A stretch of DNA of 61,607 nt, counting the filler. It is 6 parts of 6 records of this genome, joined end to end, with 100 filler letters (N's around TTAATTAATTAA, not from the genome) between each part and the next. Parts side by side here need not be neighbours in the genome. Positions count along the whole stretch, not along the records: positions 1 to 13,742 come from SRR20825010_4254; positions 13,843 to 30,587 come from SRR20825010_4255; 4 more parts are not named here. The stretch is one strand, 5' to 3'. Below are positions 9,788 to 19,340 of the stretch, one piece after another (the first letter of the stretch is position 1; each line of letters starts with the position of its first letter). The position numbers were made by a program, and so were the translations under genes. The notes under the pieces are model-generated. The model saw only the letters and a list, made by a program, of their open reading frames with translations, searched no databases and was not told the origin of the DNA.

Positions 9788-10783
9788 CTATTTAATAAGC
9801 TGAATTAAATCGACAATCCGACTGCTATATCCGTATTCGTTATCATACCACCCAATGATTTTTACCATTTTTCCGATAACCGATGTCATTTGCGAATCGA
9901 AAGTGCAAGAGTATGGACTGTTTATAATATCTACAGACACAATAGGGTCTTCTGTGTAGTCTAAAATATTTTTTAAACTGCTATTGGAAGCATCTTTAAA
10001 AGCATTATTTACTGCTTCAATGGAAGTTTCTTTTTTAACATTAAAGGTAATATCTGTTAAAGAACCGTCTGGTACGGGAACTCTTATTCCACAACCTCCT
10101 ATAGTATCACTAAGTTCTGGAAAAATACTTGTTAAGGCTTTAGCCGCACCTGTTGTTGTAGGAACAATAGATTGACCTGCAGCACGCGCACGCCGTAAAT
10201 CACGATGGGGTTGATCGTGCAGGCTTTGATCGGATGTGTAGGAATGTACGGTAGTAATATATGCTTGCTCAATGCCACAAAGTTCTTTTATAACTTTAAT
10301 CATTGGCGCTGCATTATTGGTGGTGCAAGAGGCATTGGAGATAATATCTTCTGTGCCATCCAAAATGTTTTCATTCACTCCTAGCACTACCATTTTTATA
10401 GAATCGTCACTTGGAGGAACGGCTAAAATTACCTTTTTAGCTCCTCCAATAATATGATGCTGTAATTGTTCTCTAGATTTAAATTTTCCAGTAGCTTCAA
10501 TAACAAAATCAACATTAAAAGGTTTCCAATTAATTGCAGTTAAAGTATTGCAATTTAATAGGGGAAAAGATTTTCCGTCTACAATTATGTGGTCTCTATT
10601 GTGTTGAATGTCTTTTTTTAAAACACCATGAATACTATCATATTTAAGTAAATGACTTAATGTATGCGTGTCTGCTAAATCATTTATAGCTACAACTTCT
10701 ATTTCAGAATTTTCTAAAAGTAATCTGAAAACAGTGCGGCCAATTCTTCCGAAACCGTTTATGGCGATTCTAATTTTTTTCAA
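9788..10783 (-). CDS. gap: Type I glyceraldehyde-3-phosphate dehydrogenase (paralogue type)
   Basis: INGFGRIGR, SNASCTTN, TTGAAKA and WYDNEYGYS motifs; TTG start. Confidence 0.93.
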   Translation of the reverse strand: MKKIRIAINGFGRIGRTVFRLLLENSEIEVVAINDLADTHTLSHLLKYDSIHGVLKKDIQHNRDHIIVDGKSFPLLNCNTLTAINWKPFNVDFVIEATGKFKSREQLQHHIIGGAKKVILAVPPSDDSIKMVVLGVNENILDGTEDIISNASCTTNNAAPMIKVIKELCGIEQAYITTVHSYTSDQSLHDQPHRDLRRARAAGQSIVPTTTGAAKALTSIFPELSDTIGGCGIRVPVPDGSLTDITFNVKKETSIEAVNNAFKDASNSSLKNILDYTEDPIVSVDIINSPYSCTFDSQMTSVIGKMVKIIGWYDNEYGYSSRIVDLIQLIK

Positions 10784-10842
10784 GATAATTTATTCAATCC
10801 CACTAAGGTGGGTTTATCCCTACTATTGATGAGGGTGTGATT

Positions 10843-10866
10843 AAAAAAGCCGCCTTTTAAAGCGGC
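10843..10866 (-). terminator. Terminator after lipA
   Basis: GCCGC-loop-GCGGC stem with an adjacent A6 run. Confidence 0.65.
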
Positions 10867-10873
10867 GTCATTT

Positions 10874-11752
10874 TTATAATATGTGTTTATGTGCTTTGTA
10901 AGAAGATCTTACCAAAGCTCCACTTTCTACATGTCTAAATCCTAGGTCTAATCCTATTTCTTCATATTTTTTAAATTGATCTGGAGTAACAAACTGTTTT
11001 ACAGGTAAGTGTTTTTTTGAAGGCTGTAAATATTGTCCAATAGTTACTACATCTACATCAGCTTTTCTAAGATCGTGTAGGGTTTCAATAACTTCTTCTT
11101 CTTTTTCGCCTAAACCAAGCATAATACCCGATTTGGTTCTATTAATTCCTTGATCTTTTAAATATTTTAAAACAGCCAAGCTACGGTCGTATTTTGCTTG
11201 AATTCTAACCTCACGTGTTAGTCTTCTTACAGTTTCCATGTTGTGAGAAACCACTTCAGGAGAAACTTCAACAATACGATCTATATTTCTTTCTACTCCT
11301 TGGAAATCTGGAATTAGTGTCTCTAATGTGGTAGTAGGATTCATTCTACGGATAGATTTTACAGTTTCTGCCCATATAATAGATCCCATATCTTTTAAGT
11401 CGTCTCTATCTACAGAAGTAATTACAGCATGTTTAATGCTCATAATTTTTATAGAACGTGCTACTTTTTCTGGTTCTTCCCAATCTACAGTTTCTGGTCG
11501 TCCAGTTTTTACACCACAAAACCCACAAGAACGTGTACAAACATTCCCTAAGATCATAAAAGTAGCAGTACCTTCTCCCCAGCATTCCCCCATATTTGGG
11601 CAACTACCAGAAGTACAAATAGTATGAAGGTTGTACTTGTCTACTAAACCTCTTAATTCTGTATATTTTTTTCCGGTCGGCAGTTTTACTCGTAACCATT
11701 TAGGTTTCCCTTTTCTAGGTGGAGCAATGCTACTTGCAGTATCTACACTCAT
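10874..11752 (-). CDS. lipA: Lipoyl synthase
   Basis: [27 protein letters not shown] radical-SAM motif, C-terminal VRSSY. Confidence 0.97.
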   Translation of the reverse strand: MSVDTASSIAPPRKGKPKWLRVKLPTGKKYTELRGLVDKYNLHTICTSGSCPNMGECWGEGTATFMILGNVCTRSCGFCGVKTGRPETVDWEEPEKVARSIKIMSIKHAVITSVDRDDLKDMGSIIWAETVKSIRRMNPTTTLETLIPDFQGVERNIDRIVEVSPEVVSHNMETVRRLTREVRIQAKYDRSLAVLKYLKDQGINRTKSGIMLGLGEKEEEVIETLHDLRKADVDVVTIGQYLQPSKKHLPVKQFVTPDQFKKYEEIGLDLGFRHVESGALVRSSYKAHKHIL

Positions 11753-11769
11753 ATCGAAATTTTAGACTA

Positions 11770-11777
11770 CAAAGATA
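11770..11777 (-). promoter_or_regulatory. -7 promoter element of lipA
   Basis: TATCTTTG on the minus strand, 17 nt upstream of the ATG. Confidence 0.6.
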
Positions 11778-11842
11778 CAAAGTTAAGTTTGAAAATTAAG
11801 TTAATCTGTCATCAACTAATAGGATAAGATTTTCTACTTTTT

Positions 11843-13057
11843 TTAAAGTGATAAAAGATACCAAATCGAAAATCCTATTAAAAAAATAATCCCAGCCCAA
11901 CTTAAAACATGCATCGACTTACTGGGTCTCCATTTTTTAGGCATATGTTTAGAAGTAACTAATTTATAGTTTATAATGGCGTAAAAAGGAGCGGTAACAA
12001 ACGATAAAATAGTAGCAATATCAATAAGCATTTTCATTTCTGATAAAAGAAAAAGTAAAATGCAAATTGTTCCAAGAGCCAAAATTATTATCCAACTTGC
12101 AAAGTGGTACTTTCCATCAATATTAAATAGTAGCGTAGTGCTTTTTGCCATAGCTCTTGGAGAAGCATCCAACGTGGTTAGGGTTGTGCTAAACATTGCG
12201 GTAAATGCAGCAATGGCAATAATATAATAAGTATATGTTCCTAGGGTTTCTGTGTACATGTTTATAAACTGAAATGCAAATTGTGTTGCACCACTATTAA
12301 AGCTTTCATTGGCGCTATGCATTACTAAAGCACCAAGACTTAAAAAGAAAATTCCTAAAATAATGGTGCTGAGGTACCCAATATTAAAATCGGTTATAGA
12401 GCGTTTAGTTTTGTATGTTTTTTCCATTTTCTTTTTTTCTAGCGCCCATAAGGAATGCCAAACAGAAACATCTAGAGGAGCGGGCATCCAGCCCATAAAT
12501 GCAATAATGAAGGCAAGGCCTGCAGTTTCTGTAGGAATAACTTGAGAAAAACTAAGGTGTGCTGTAGACTTTGATGAGGCTATAAAAATGGCAATTACAG
12601 TACAAATGGTTAGGGTTGTAATAATAATTTTCATCAAATTATCTAATAACTTATATTTTCCAAGCATTAAAATAACCATACATATAAGAGTAATAATAAT
12701 ACTCCATATAATTGGGTTGGTAGTAATTCCGAATAAATTAGAGGCCAATCCAGCGGTAACAATGGTTACTGCCGTTTGAATGGTAAACATAGTAGTGAAA
12801 TTCAGGATAAAATAAAGAAGTAAAACTCCCTTTCCTAATTTTCTGTAGCCATCTAAAAGACTCTCTCCAGTGGCCATGGCATACCGAGGCCCGTATTGAA
12901 AAAATGGATATTTAAATAAATGAACTAATAGTAATGCCCAAAGTAGGCCATAGCCATAATCGGCTCCTGCTCTGGTAGATTGGACTAAATGGGACACCCC
13001 AATTGCTGCACCAGCAAATAAAAGTCCGGGGCCTAATTTTTTAATAAAGCGTATCAC
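11843..13057 (-). CDS. NRAMP-like divalent metal transporter family protein
   Basis: LGPGLLFAGAAIGVSHLVQSTRAGA N-terminus, GWMPAP, many TM helices. Confidence 0.85.
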   Translation of the reverse strand: MIRFIKKLGPGLLFAGAAIGVSHLVQSTRAGADYGYGLLWALLLVHLFKYPFFQYGPRYAMATGESLLDGYRKLGKGVLLLYFILNFTTMFTIQTAVTIVTAGLASNLFGITTNPIIWSIIITLICMVILMLGKYKLLDNLMKIIITTLTICTVIAIFIASSKSTAHLSFSQVIPTETAGLAFIIAFMGWMPAPLDVSVWHSLWALEKKKMEKTYKTKRSITDFNIGYLSTIILGIFFLSLGALVMHSANESFNSGATQFAFQFINMYTETLGTYTYYIIAIAAFTAMFSTTLTTLDASPRAMAKSTTLLFNIDGKYHFASWIIILALGTICILLFLLSEMKMLIDIATILSFVTAPFYAIINYKLVTSKHMPKKWRPSKSMHVLSWAGIIFLIGFSIWYLLSL

Positions 13058-13101
13058 TTTTAAGTTAGTCTAGTTAATTAGGCAGTGAAAGTATAAAAAA
13101 A

Positions 13102-13671
13102 TTATTTCTTTTTCTGATGAATAATTTCAGCAAGTAATTTTTTTGCTCTGAGGAGTTTAACCTTTACATTATTAAGAGGCTCGTCTAATTCTTGAGCAAT
13201 TTCGGTGTATGATAATTCTTGGAAGTATCTTAAATTAATAACCTGTTGATAATGTGGTTTTAATTTTTTTATATGCTGAAGTAAAGTAGCGAGGTTTTGT
13301 TCGGTAATTAAATTGTCTTCCGCAGTAGGAGTGTCATCTGCTAGATTGTAGATGCTACTTTCTTCTTGTAGAATTGTTTTATGATTCAGTTCTGATTTCT
13401 TCTTGCGAATAAGATCAATATGAATGTTTTTGGAAATGGTAATTAACCATGTTTTAAATTCAAAATCGCTATTGTAAGTGTCTATTTTATCAAACGCTTT
13501 TGAGAAGGTGCGAATTGTAATATCTTCCGCTTCATTCTCATTTCTAGTTCGTAATAATTGAAAGCTATACACATCAACCCAAAAATTATCAAGAAGAAAG
13601 CTGAACGACTTTTGGTCCCCTTCTTTTGCGCGAAGAATAGATTCTTGAATGTGTTGTGCGGTTACTGGCAA
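13102..13671 (-). CDS. ECF sigma-70 factor
   Basis: EAEDIT and FKTWLITISKN (region 2); LRYFQELSYTEIA...VKVKLLRAK (region 4); TTG start. Confidence 0.92.
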   Translation of the reverse strand: MPVTAQHIQESILRAKEGDQKSFSFLLDNFWVDVYSFQLLRTRNENEAEDITIRTFSKAFDKIDTYNSDFEFKTWLITISKNIHIDLIRKKKSELNHKTILQEESSIYNLADDTPTAEDNLITEQNLATLLQHIKKLKPHYQQVINLRYFQELSYTEIAQELDEPLNNVKVKLLRAKKLLAEIIHQKKK

Positions 13672-13742
13672 TATAATTTTTGTTTTTTTATTTACTCGAT
13701 AATCGAGATTTGAATCCCTTATTGAGGGTTTTATTCCCCAAA

Positions 13743-13842
13743 NNNNNNNNNNNNNNNNNNNNNNNNNNNNNNNNNNNNNNNNNNNNTTAATTAATTAANN
13801 NNNNNNNNNNNNNNNNNNNNNNNNNNNNNNNNNNNNNNNNNN
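13743..13842. other. Artificial contig linker
   Basis: 44 N + TTAATTAATTAA + 44 N. Confidence 0.99.
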
Positions 13843-13870
13843 AACTATGAATCACTTTTTAGACAGCCTC
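13843..13870 (-). mobile_element. Probable IS/MITE terminal inverted repeat at the contig edge
   Basis: The reverse complement reads GAGGCTGTCTAAAAAGTGA..., similar to termini recalled for IS1182-like elements in Flavobacteria, and runs off the contig end. Confidence 0.55.
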
Positions 13871-13913
13871 TTTATCTTTTTAAAAGATATTCTAAATTAG
13901 AATACTAATAAAA

Positions 13914-15881
13914 CTAATTTTTATAAAAAGAATTACTTGGCCAAGTATCATTGGAGTAATTCACGTCTGGTAAAATCTTGTCTGGATCTATCTCTATGCT
14001 TATTGGAAGCACCTCCGTTTTTAATAAATAACTCCATGTATCTCCTCTTTGCCATATTTCTACTGGAAGGGTGATGTTTTCTATTGAATTATCTCGATGT
14101 GTAACCTTCATTTTAACAGGCATAGGAACTCCTCCTTTATTAGCAATTGTAATAATAAAACCAGTTTTATCTTCATTTTGTCTTACACCTTCAATAGCTA
14201 AATCAATATTTCCTGTTCCATAAAACCAATTTTTAAAGAACCAAGAAAGGTTTTCGCCCCCTACATTTTCCATATGATTAAAGAAATCTTTAGGCTGAGG
14301 GTGTTTATAAGCCCATGTTTTTATGTAGGATTTAAAAGCATTATCAAAACGCTCATGTCCTAAAATATATTCTCTCAAAAGCAATAAACCAATAGCAGGT
14401 TTACGATAGGCAGTCATTCCTAGATTTCTCAAATTGGTAACATCTGGGTAAGTGTCAATACCTTCACGAGTTTCGCTATTAAACCAATCCGTCATATTTC
14501 TTGTTTTGTTAAGTCTGGCTGGATACTCTCCAAACTCCAAAGTGCTGTAATAGTTAATAAAAGAATTAAAACCTTCATCCATCCAAGCATATCTTCTTTC
14601 ATTAGTACCAACAATCATAGGGAACCAGTTATGTCCAAATTCATGATCGGTAACACCCCATAAACCAGCACCTGTACTTTTCCAGCTACAAAAATTTAAT
14701 CCAGGATATTCCATACCACCTATATCAGCAGCAACATTTGTAGCCACAGGATAAGGATATTCATACCATTTGTTTGAATAATTCTCAATAGAATGTTTTG
14801 AGTATTCTGTAGAACGACTCCAAGCATGAGAGCCTGCACTTTCTTTAGGATACACAGATTGAGCCAAGGCTTTTTTACCACTTGGAAGATCTATTTTAGC
14901 AGCGTCCCAAATAAATGCTTTAGAGGATGCAAAAGCAATATCTCTAGAATTATTCATGGTAAAATGCCAAGTTAAAGTGCCACTTTGTTTAGCCTTTAAA
15001 GAAGCATCGTTTATTTCTTCTGGCTTTATTATATGTACAGTTTCGTTACTTTCTTTAGCCTTTTCCATACGGTTTCTCATAGTTTCAGACATTACCTCTC
15101 TAGGATTTTCTAACCTACCAGAACCTACTACAATATGATTGTAAGGAGCAGTAATTTCATAATCAAAATCGCCATATTCTAAATAAAACTCTCCCGCACC
15201 TAAATACGGTTCTACATTCCAACCTTCAATATCATCATAAACGGCGGTACGTGGATACCATTGAGCCATAGCATAAATTGTTCCGTCTTCTACATCAAGT
15301 CTTCCCATTCTATCCATTCCTTTAACAGGTATTTTGTAAGTAAAGTTCATAGAAACTGTTGCCGTTCCTCCATTTGCTTTTATAGGCTCTTTAAACCAAA
15401 CTTGCATTCTGGTATCTGTAATAATATGTTTTGTAGAGGTATTTCTTCCAGTTTTAGCTTGAAGGTTTGTAATTTCATATCCTCCGTCAATATCGCCATT
15501 GTATCGATTCCCTTCAATAGGAGTGGTTAAGTTACCTCTTGAATTTTCGGTAAATCTATTTTGCTCTAAATACAGCCATATAAAAGGAAGCGCATCTGGA
15601 CTATTATTTGTGTAGTTAATAGTAATTTCTCCTGTTAGGGTATGTTGAGTATCGTTTAATGTAGCTTTTATCTTATAATCAGCTTCATTTTGCCAATAAT
15701 CGGGACCGGGAATCCCAGAGGCCGAACGGTAACGATTCCCGCTACGATCCATGAATTCACTAAAATCTTGTTGATTGTTGTCTAACCCTTGTGCATTTGC
15801 AACATAACTTGTAAAAGCTGTAAGCATAAAAAATAAGGAAAGAAAAAGCTTCCCTTTTGGAAATTGATTTTTCATCTTCAT
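13914..15881 (-). CDS. Secreted M1-family zinc metallopeptidase
   Basis: Signal peptide, PGPDYWQN, GGMEYP, HEFGHNW followed by WMDEG. Confidence 0.92.
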   Translation of the reverse strand: MKMKNQFPKGKLFLSLFFMLTAFTSYVANAQGLDNNQQDFSEFMDRSGNRYRSASGIPGPDYWQNEADYKIKATLNDTQHTLTGEITINYTNNSPDALPFIWLYLEQNRFTENSRGNLTTPIEGNRYNGDIDGGYEITNLQAKTGRNTSTKHIITDTRMQVWFKEPIKANGGTATVSMNFTYKIPVKGMDRMGRLDVEDGTIYAMAQWYPRTAVYDDIEGWNVEPYLGAGEFYLEYGDFDYEITAPYNHIVVGSGRLENPREVMSETMRNRMEKAKESNETVHIIKPEEINDASLKAKQSGTLTWHFTMNNSRDIAFASSKAFIWDAAKIDLPSGKKALAQSVYPKESAGSHAWSRSTEYSKHSIENYSNKWYEYPYPVATNVAADIGGMEYPGLNFCSWKSTGAGLWGVTDHEFGHNWFPMIVGTNERRYAWMDEGFNSFINYYSTLEFGEYPARLNKTRNMTDWFNSETREGIDTYPDVTNLRNLGMTAYRKPAIGLLLLREYILGHERFDNAFKSYIKTWAYKHPQPKDFFNHMENVGGENLSWFFKNWFYGTGNIDLAIEGVRQNEDKTGFIITIANKGGVPMPVKMKVTHRDNSIENITLPVEIWQRGDTWSYLLKTEVLPISIEIDPDKILPDVNYSNDTWPSNSFYKN

Positions 15882-16095
15882 ATTGAAAATTATTCTAATG
15901 ATTAAAAAAGTAAATTGAATTGTTCTTGTAAAAGAACAAACCTAGTGAATTGAATGAAAAAACCGTATGCTTTTATATGAAATATCTTAAAACAAAAAGA
16001 AAGAAACGCTAAATACAGCCTCTTTGCAGGCTAGATTGATTAATTTACTACAGTTGATTTTTCATTTTTATATTGAAAATTATTCTAATGATTAA
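15864..16095. repeat. 42-bp direct repeat (15864-15905 and 16054-16095) duplicating the start region of the M1 peptidase gene
   Basis: TTGATTTTTCATyTTyATATTGAAAATTATTCTAATGATTAA, 40/42 identical, 190 bp apart. Confidence 0.9.
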
Positions 16096-16185
16096 GAGGA
16101 TCAATAAAACAGACTTCGGTAATTTTGCTGCTTTTAGTTTTTAAATTATTCCTACATACTATATCTTTATAGTAAGAATAACTTC

Positions 16186-18207
16186 ATGCGTCAACCTATT
16201 ACTAAAGATTTTAAATCTAACTTGGCTAGCTATAGCAATTATTTTTGTGTTTTAGCAATCTCCTTTTTGGTTTTATTATTATTTACTAGGATAGTAGAAA
16301 TCGTTTTTTATCAAAATAGTCATTCTTTACCACTCACTTTATTTAAATTGGTAGTTGCTTCTTGGAAAGTAGACTTGACTTTTTGGTTACAAAATATCCT
16401 ACTATTCTATACTGTTTTTGTTGTACTATCTTTTATATCCTTTAAGCTGTCTAAATTATTTTATAAAATAATGATAGTCCTTTTTTTGTTTTTAGAACTT
16501 TTGTTTGTTTTTTATTATAAATCAACTCTTGTTTTATTGGGTGCAGATTTATTTAGTTATTCATATAATGATATTTTTCAAACAGTAGCATCTTCGGGAG
16601 GGGTTGTAGTTTTAGCAATTATTTCCTTGTTAATTTATGGAGTGATTGTAATTAAATTCTTAAATTTTTTCACCAGAAAAATAAAGTTATCACTTAATGT
16701 TTTAGTACTATTATTTCTTCTCGTTGGTTTCACATTTTTAGGAACTATTATAACAACGAAGCATAACCATTCAGATTTTGTAAGTAATATAACTACTAAT
16801 AAAACCTTATATTTTCTTGAAGCAACACATACTTATTATTATCCATATATTAATGAAACAGATATTTATGCGGATACTTATTTAAAGAATTCTATAGCTA
16901 CTAGAGCTTTTAGGAAATTTGAATATCCACAACCATCAGAATTTCCATTTCTTCATAAATCGATAGATGAAGATGTACTTTCTTCTTTTTTTGTTACTGA
17001 AACAACACAACCAGATCTAGTTTTTCTAGTTGTAGAGGGTTTAGGAAGAGCCTTCTCTGGGAATGGAGCATATTTAGGTAGTTTTACCCCTTTTTTGGAC
17101 TCGTTAGCACAAGAAAGTTTGTATTGGGAAAACTGTTTAAGTAACACAGGACGTACTTTTGGAGTACTTCCTTCGCTTTTTGGGTCGCTTCCGTTTGGAA
17201 AAAATGGGTATTTGGAAATGGGAGAAAAGATGCCTAAATCACTATCTCTAATCAATTTGTTGAAAAAAAATGGGTATTCCACGAGCTTTTATTATGGAGG
17301 TAATGCCTCTTTTGATAAGATGGATATTTTTTTGAAGAAAAATAATATAGATTTTGTTTTTGATGAGGATACATTTCCAAAAAAATTTGCAAAGCTTCCT
17401 AGTAAGAATAACTTTAGTTGGGGATATGGAGACAATGAATTGTATCAATATTATTTTGAGACAAAGAAAAAAAATAAAATAAAACCGAATTTAGATATTC
17501 TCCTTACTATTTCTACGCACTCACCATTTAAAATTAATGATGCAGCAATATATAATGATTTATTTGAAAAGCATTTAAATAGCCTTGAACTTTCTCCAAA
17601 AGAAAAAGACGATTATAGAAATTATAGAGACCAATATGCAACTATTTTATATGCTGATGTTTCTCTGAAAAAGTTTTTTGAAAACTATAAGAAGAAAGAC
17701 AGTTTTGAAAATACCATTTTTTTAATAACTGGAGATCATAGATTACCAGAGATACCAATGCAAAATAAAATAGACCGTTACCATGTGCCGCTAATTATTT
17801 ATTCTCCAATGCTAAAAAGCACTTCTACAATGTCTTCTATAGTTTCACATTTTGATGTTACTCCAAGTGTAGTTACTTATTTGTCTAATAAGCATCAAAT
17901 AAAAAAGCCTGAGTTAACAACTTGGATGGGATTCGGTTTGGATACTTTAAAAAGCTTTAGAAACCAAAATAAGATTCCGATTATGCAAACAAAAGCCGAT
18001 TTTGTTGATTATTTGGTTGGGACTTATCATTTAAATAATAATACGCTGTATAAAGTAAATGAGCATTTAGAGGAATATATTATAGAAAACGATACTTTAA
18101 AAGCAGAAATAAAATCGATGTTTGAAGCTTTTAAGAGGAAAAATTCTGAAATAACAGAAGGAAAACAACTACTTCCAGACTCTTTACTAGTTAAGTATAC
18201 CCCTTAG
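16186..18207 (+). CDS. LTA synthase/sulfatase-superfamily membrane phosphotransferase
   Basis: About 5 N-terminal TM helices, LVVEG, GRTFG (Thr nucleophile), TISTHSPF, ITGDH. Confidence 0.88.
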   Translation: MRQPITKDFKSNLASYSNYFCVLAISFLVLLLFTRIVEIVFYQNSHSLPLTLFKLVVASWKVDLTFWLQNILLFYTVFVVLSFISFKLSKLFYKIMIVLFLFLELLFVFYYKSTLVLLGADLFSYSYNDIFQTVASSGGVVVLAIISLLIYGVIVIKFLNFFTRKIKLSLNVLVLLFLLVGFTFLGTIITTKHNHSDFVSNITTNKTLYFLEATHTYYYPYINETDIYADTYLKNSIATRAFRKFEYPQPSEFPFLHKSIDEDVLSSFFVTETTQPDLVFLVVEGLGRAFSGNGAYLGSFTPFLDSLAQESLYWENCLSNTGRTFGVLPSLFGSLPFGKNGYLEMGEKMPKSLSLINLLKKNGYSTSFYYGGNASFDKMDIFLKKNNIDFVFDEDTFPKKFAKLPSKNNFSWGYGDNELYQYYFETKKKNKIKPNLDILLTISTHSPFKINDAAIYNDLFEKHLNSLELSPKEKDDYRNYRDQYATILYADVSLKKFFENYKKKDSFENTIFLITGDHRLPEIPMQNKIDRYHVPLIIYSPMLKSTSTMSSIVSHFDVTPSVVTYLSNKHQIKKPELTTWMGFGLDTLKSFRNQNKIPIMQTKADFVDYLVGTYHLNNNTLYKVNEHLEEYIIENDTLKAEIKSMFEAFKRKNSEITEGKQLLPDSLLVKYTP

Positions 18208-18208
18208 G

Positions 18209-19339
18209 CTAATTTTTTACATAGCTGTTTAACATGGTGCTAATCATTGGTTTATAAAACCGCCAAAAAAATTCGCTGCGTTTATCTGTATCGTAAAAAG
18301 AACTTTGAAAAATTTCAATCCCTTTAAAATAAGAAGTTTTCATAGATATTTTATTGTCACAAAAATCTCCAGAGAGATAGGTAAATTTATAGGATCCTAT
18401 TTTATTATTTGTTACTGCTGGAAAGCTATTAGGAATGCCATATGTATCTAATAAATGCTTGCCTTTTTTGGTAACATCTAGCGTATATATTGCATTAGAC
18501 TCATTAATATTAGTGTCTATTTCTATGATGTCAAACCAGAAAGTATAGTCTATTTTTTCGGGTACATTATACATGGATTGCGCTTTTTCATTACTGGTAA
18601 TAAATGGTTGTGGAGTTTTTAATTCTTCCCCTATTTTTAATACTACCACCTGTTCGTCTTTTACTAAAATAATTCCTTCATTTTGAAAAGTCCATTTTGT
18701 ATTATTAGATTTTTCATAGTTATTGACAATCCATTTAGGAAGTTCAGTATTGCTTTTTTGATTTAAATTTTGGTAATACCTTCCAGACCAACCAGTCCAT
18801 TTTATATGAAATAAATTTTCAAACTTTTTTCTGTTTTCAGAATTGGTAGGCTCTCCCAATACATTAAATTCTGTGATGATGGGTTTGTTTTTTTTCTTCA
18901 TCAATTGTAGAAATTCAATATCTTGAGTGCTCAAACCGCCATATAAAACCCCATAAGGCTTTTCTTTATTATACCAATCAATATTGTATAAACCATAAGC
19001 ATCTGTATAATACACTACATCAGAATCTAGACTTAATTGTGCTAATTGCTCATAAGAGTACCTTTCTAGTCCTTTAACTTTATAATTGTTTTGATCGAGA
19101 GGGAAAAAGCCAAAATAATCATGATTAGTATTATAGAGTTTTTTTGAAGTTTTAGAGAATTTATTGTGATTTAAAATCCAGGATAAAGAAAGATGTTCTT
19201 CAGTAGCTTTATTAATTACAGTTTTATCAATAATAGCAATAACTATTTTTTGTTTGGGACTGCATAACCAGGCGCCCCACATTATAAGAGGGGTGCATAC
19301 TATAGTTAATAAAATACCAAGCAAAATTTTCCTTTTCAC
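18209..19339 (-). CDS. Hypothetical membrane-anchored protein, last gene of the GT2/YaiO operon
   Basis: 376-aa ORF with GTG start and N-terminal TM anchor, 1 bp after the YaiO-gene stop; aromatic-rich. Confidence 0.75.
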   Translation of the reverse strand: MKRKILLGILLTIVCTPLIMWGAWLCSPKQKIVIAIIDKTVINKATEEHLSLSWILNHNKFSKTSKKLYNTNHDYFGFFPLDQNNYKVKGLERYSYEQLAQLSLDSDVVYYTDAYGLYNIDWYNKEKPYGVLYGGLSTQDIEFLQLMKKKNKPIITEFNVLGEPTNSENRKKFENLFHIKWTGWSGRYYQNLNQKSNTELPKWIVNNYEKSNNTKWTFQNEGIILVKDEQVVVLKIGEELKTPQPFITSNEKAQSMYNVPEKIDYTFWFDIIEIDTNINESNAIYTLDVTKKGKHLLDTYGIPNSFPAVTNNKIGSYKFTYLSGDFCDNKISMKTSYFKGIEIFQSSFYDTDKRSEFFWRFYKPMISTMLNSYVKN

Positions 19340-19340
19340 C

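Noticed and set aside
13787-13798. Recurrent TTAATTAATTAA palindrome (also in the other four N-runs)
   Set aside because: It is a synthetic all-frame-stop spacer, not biological.
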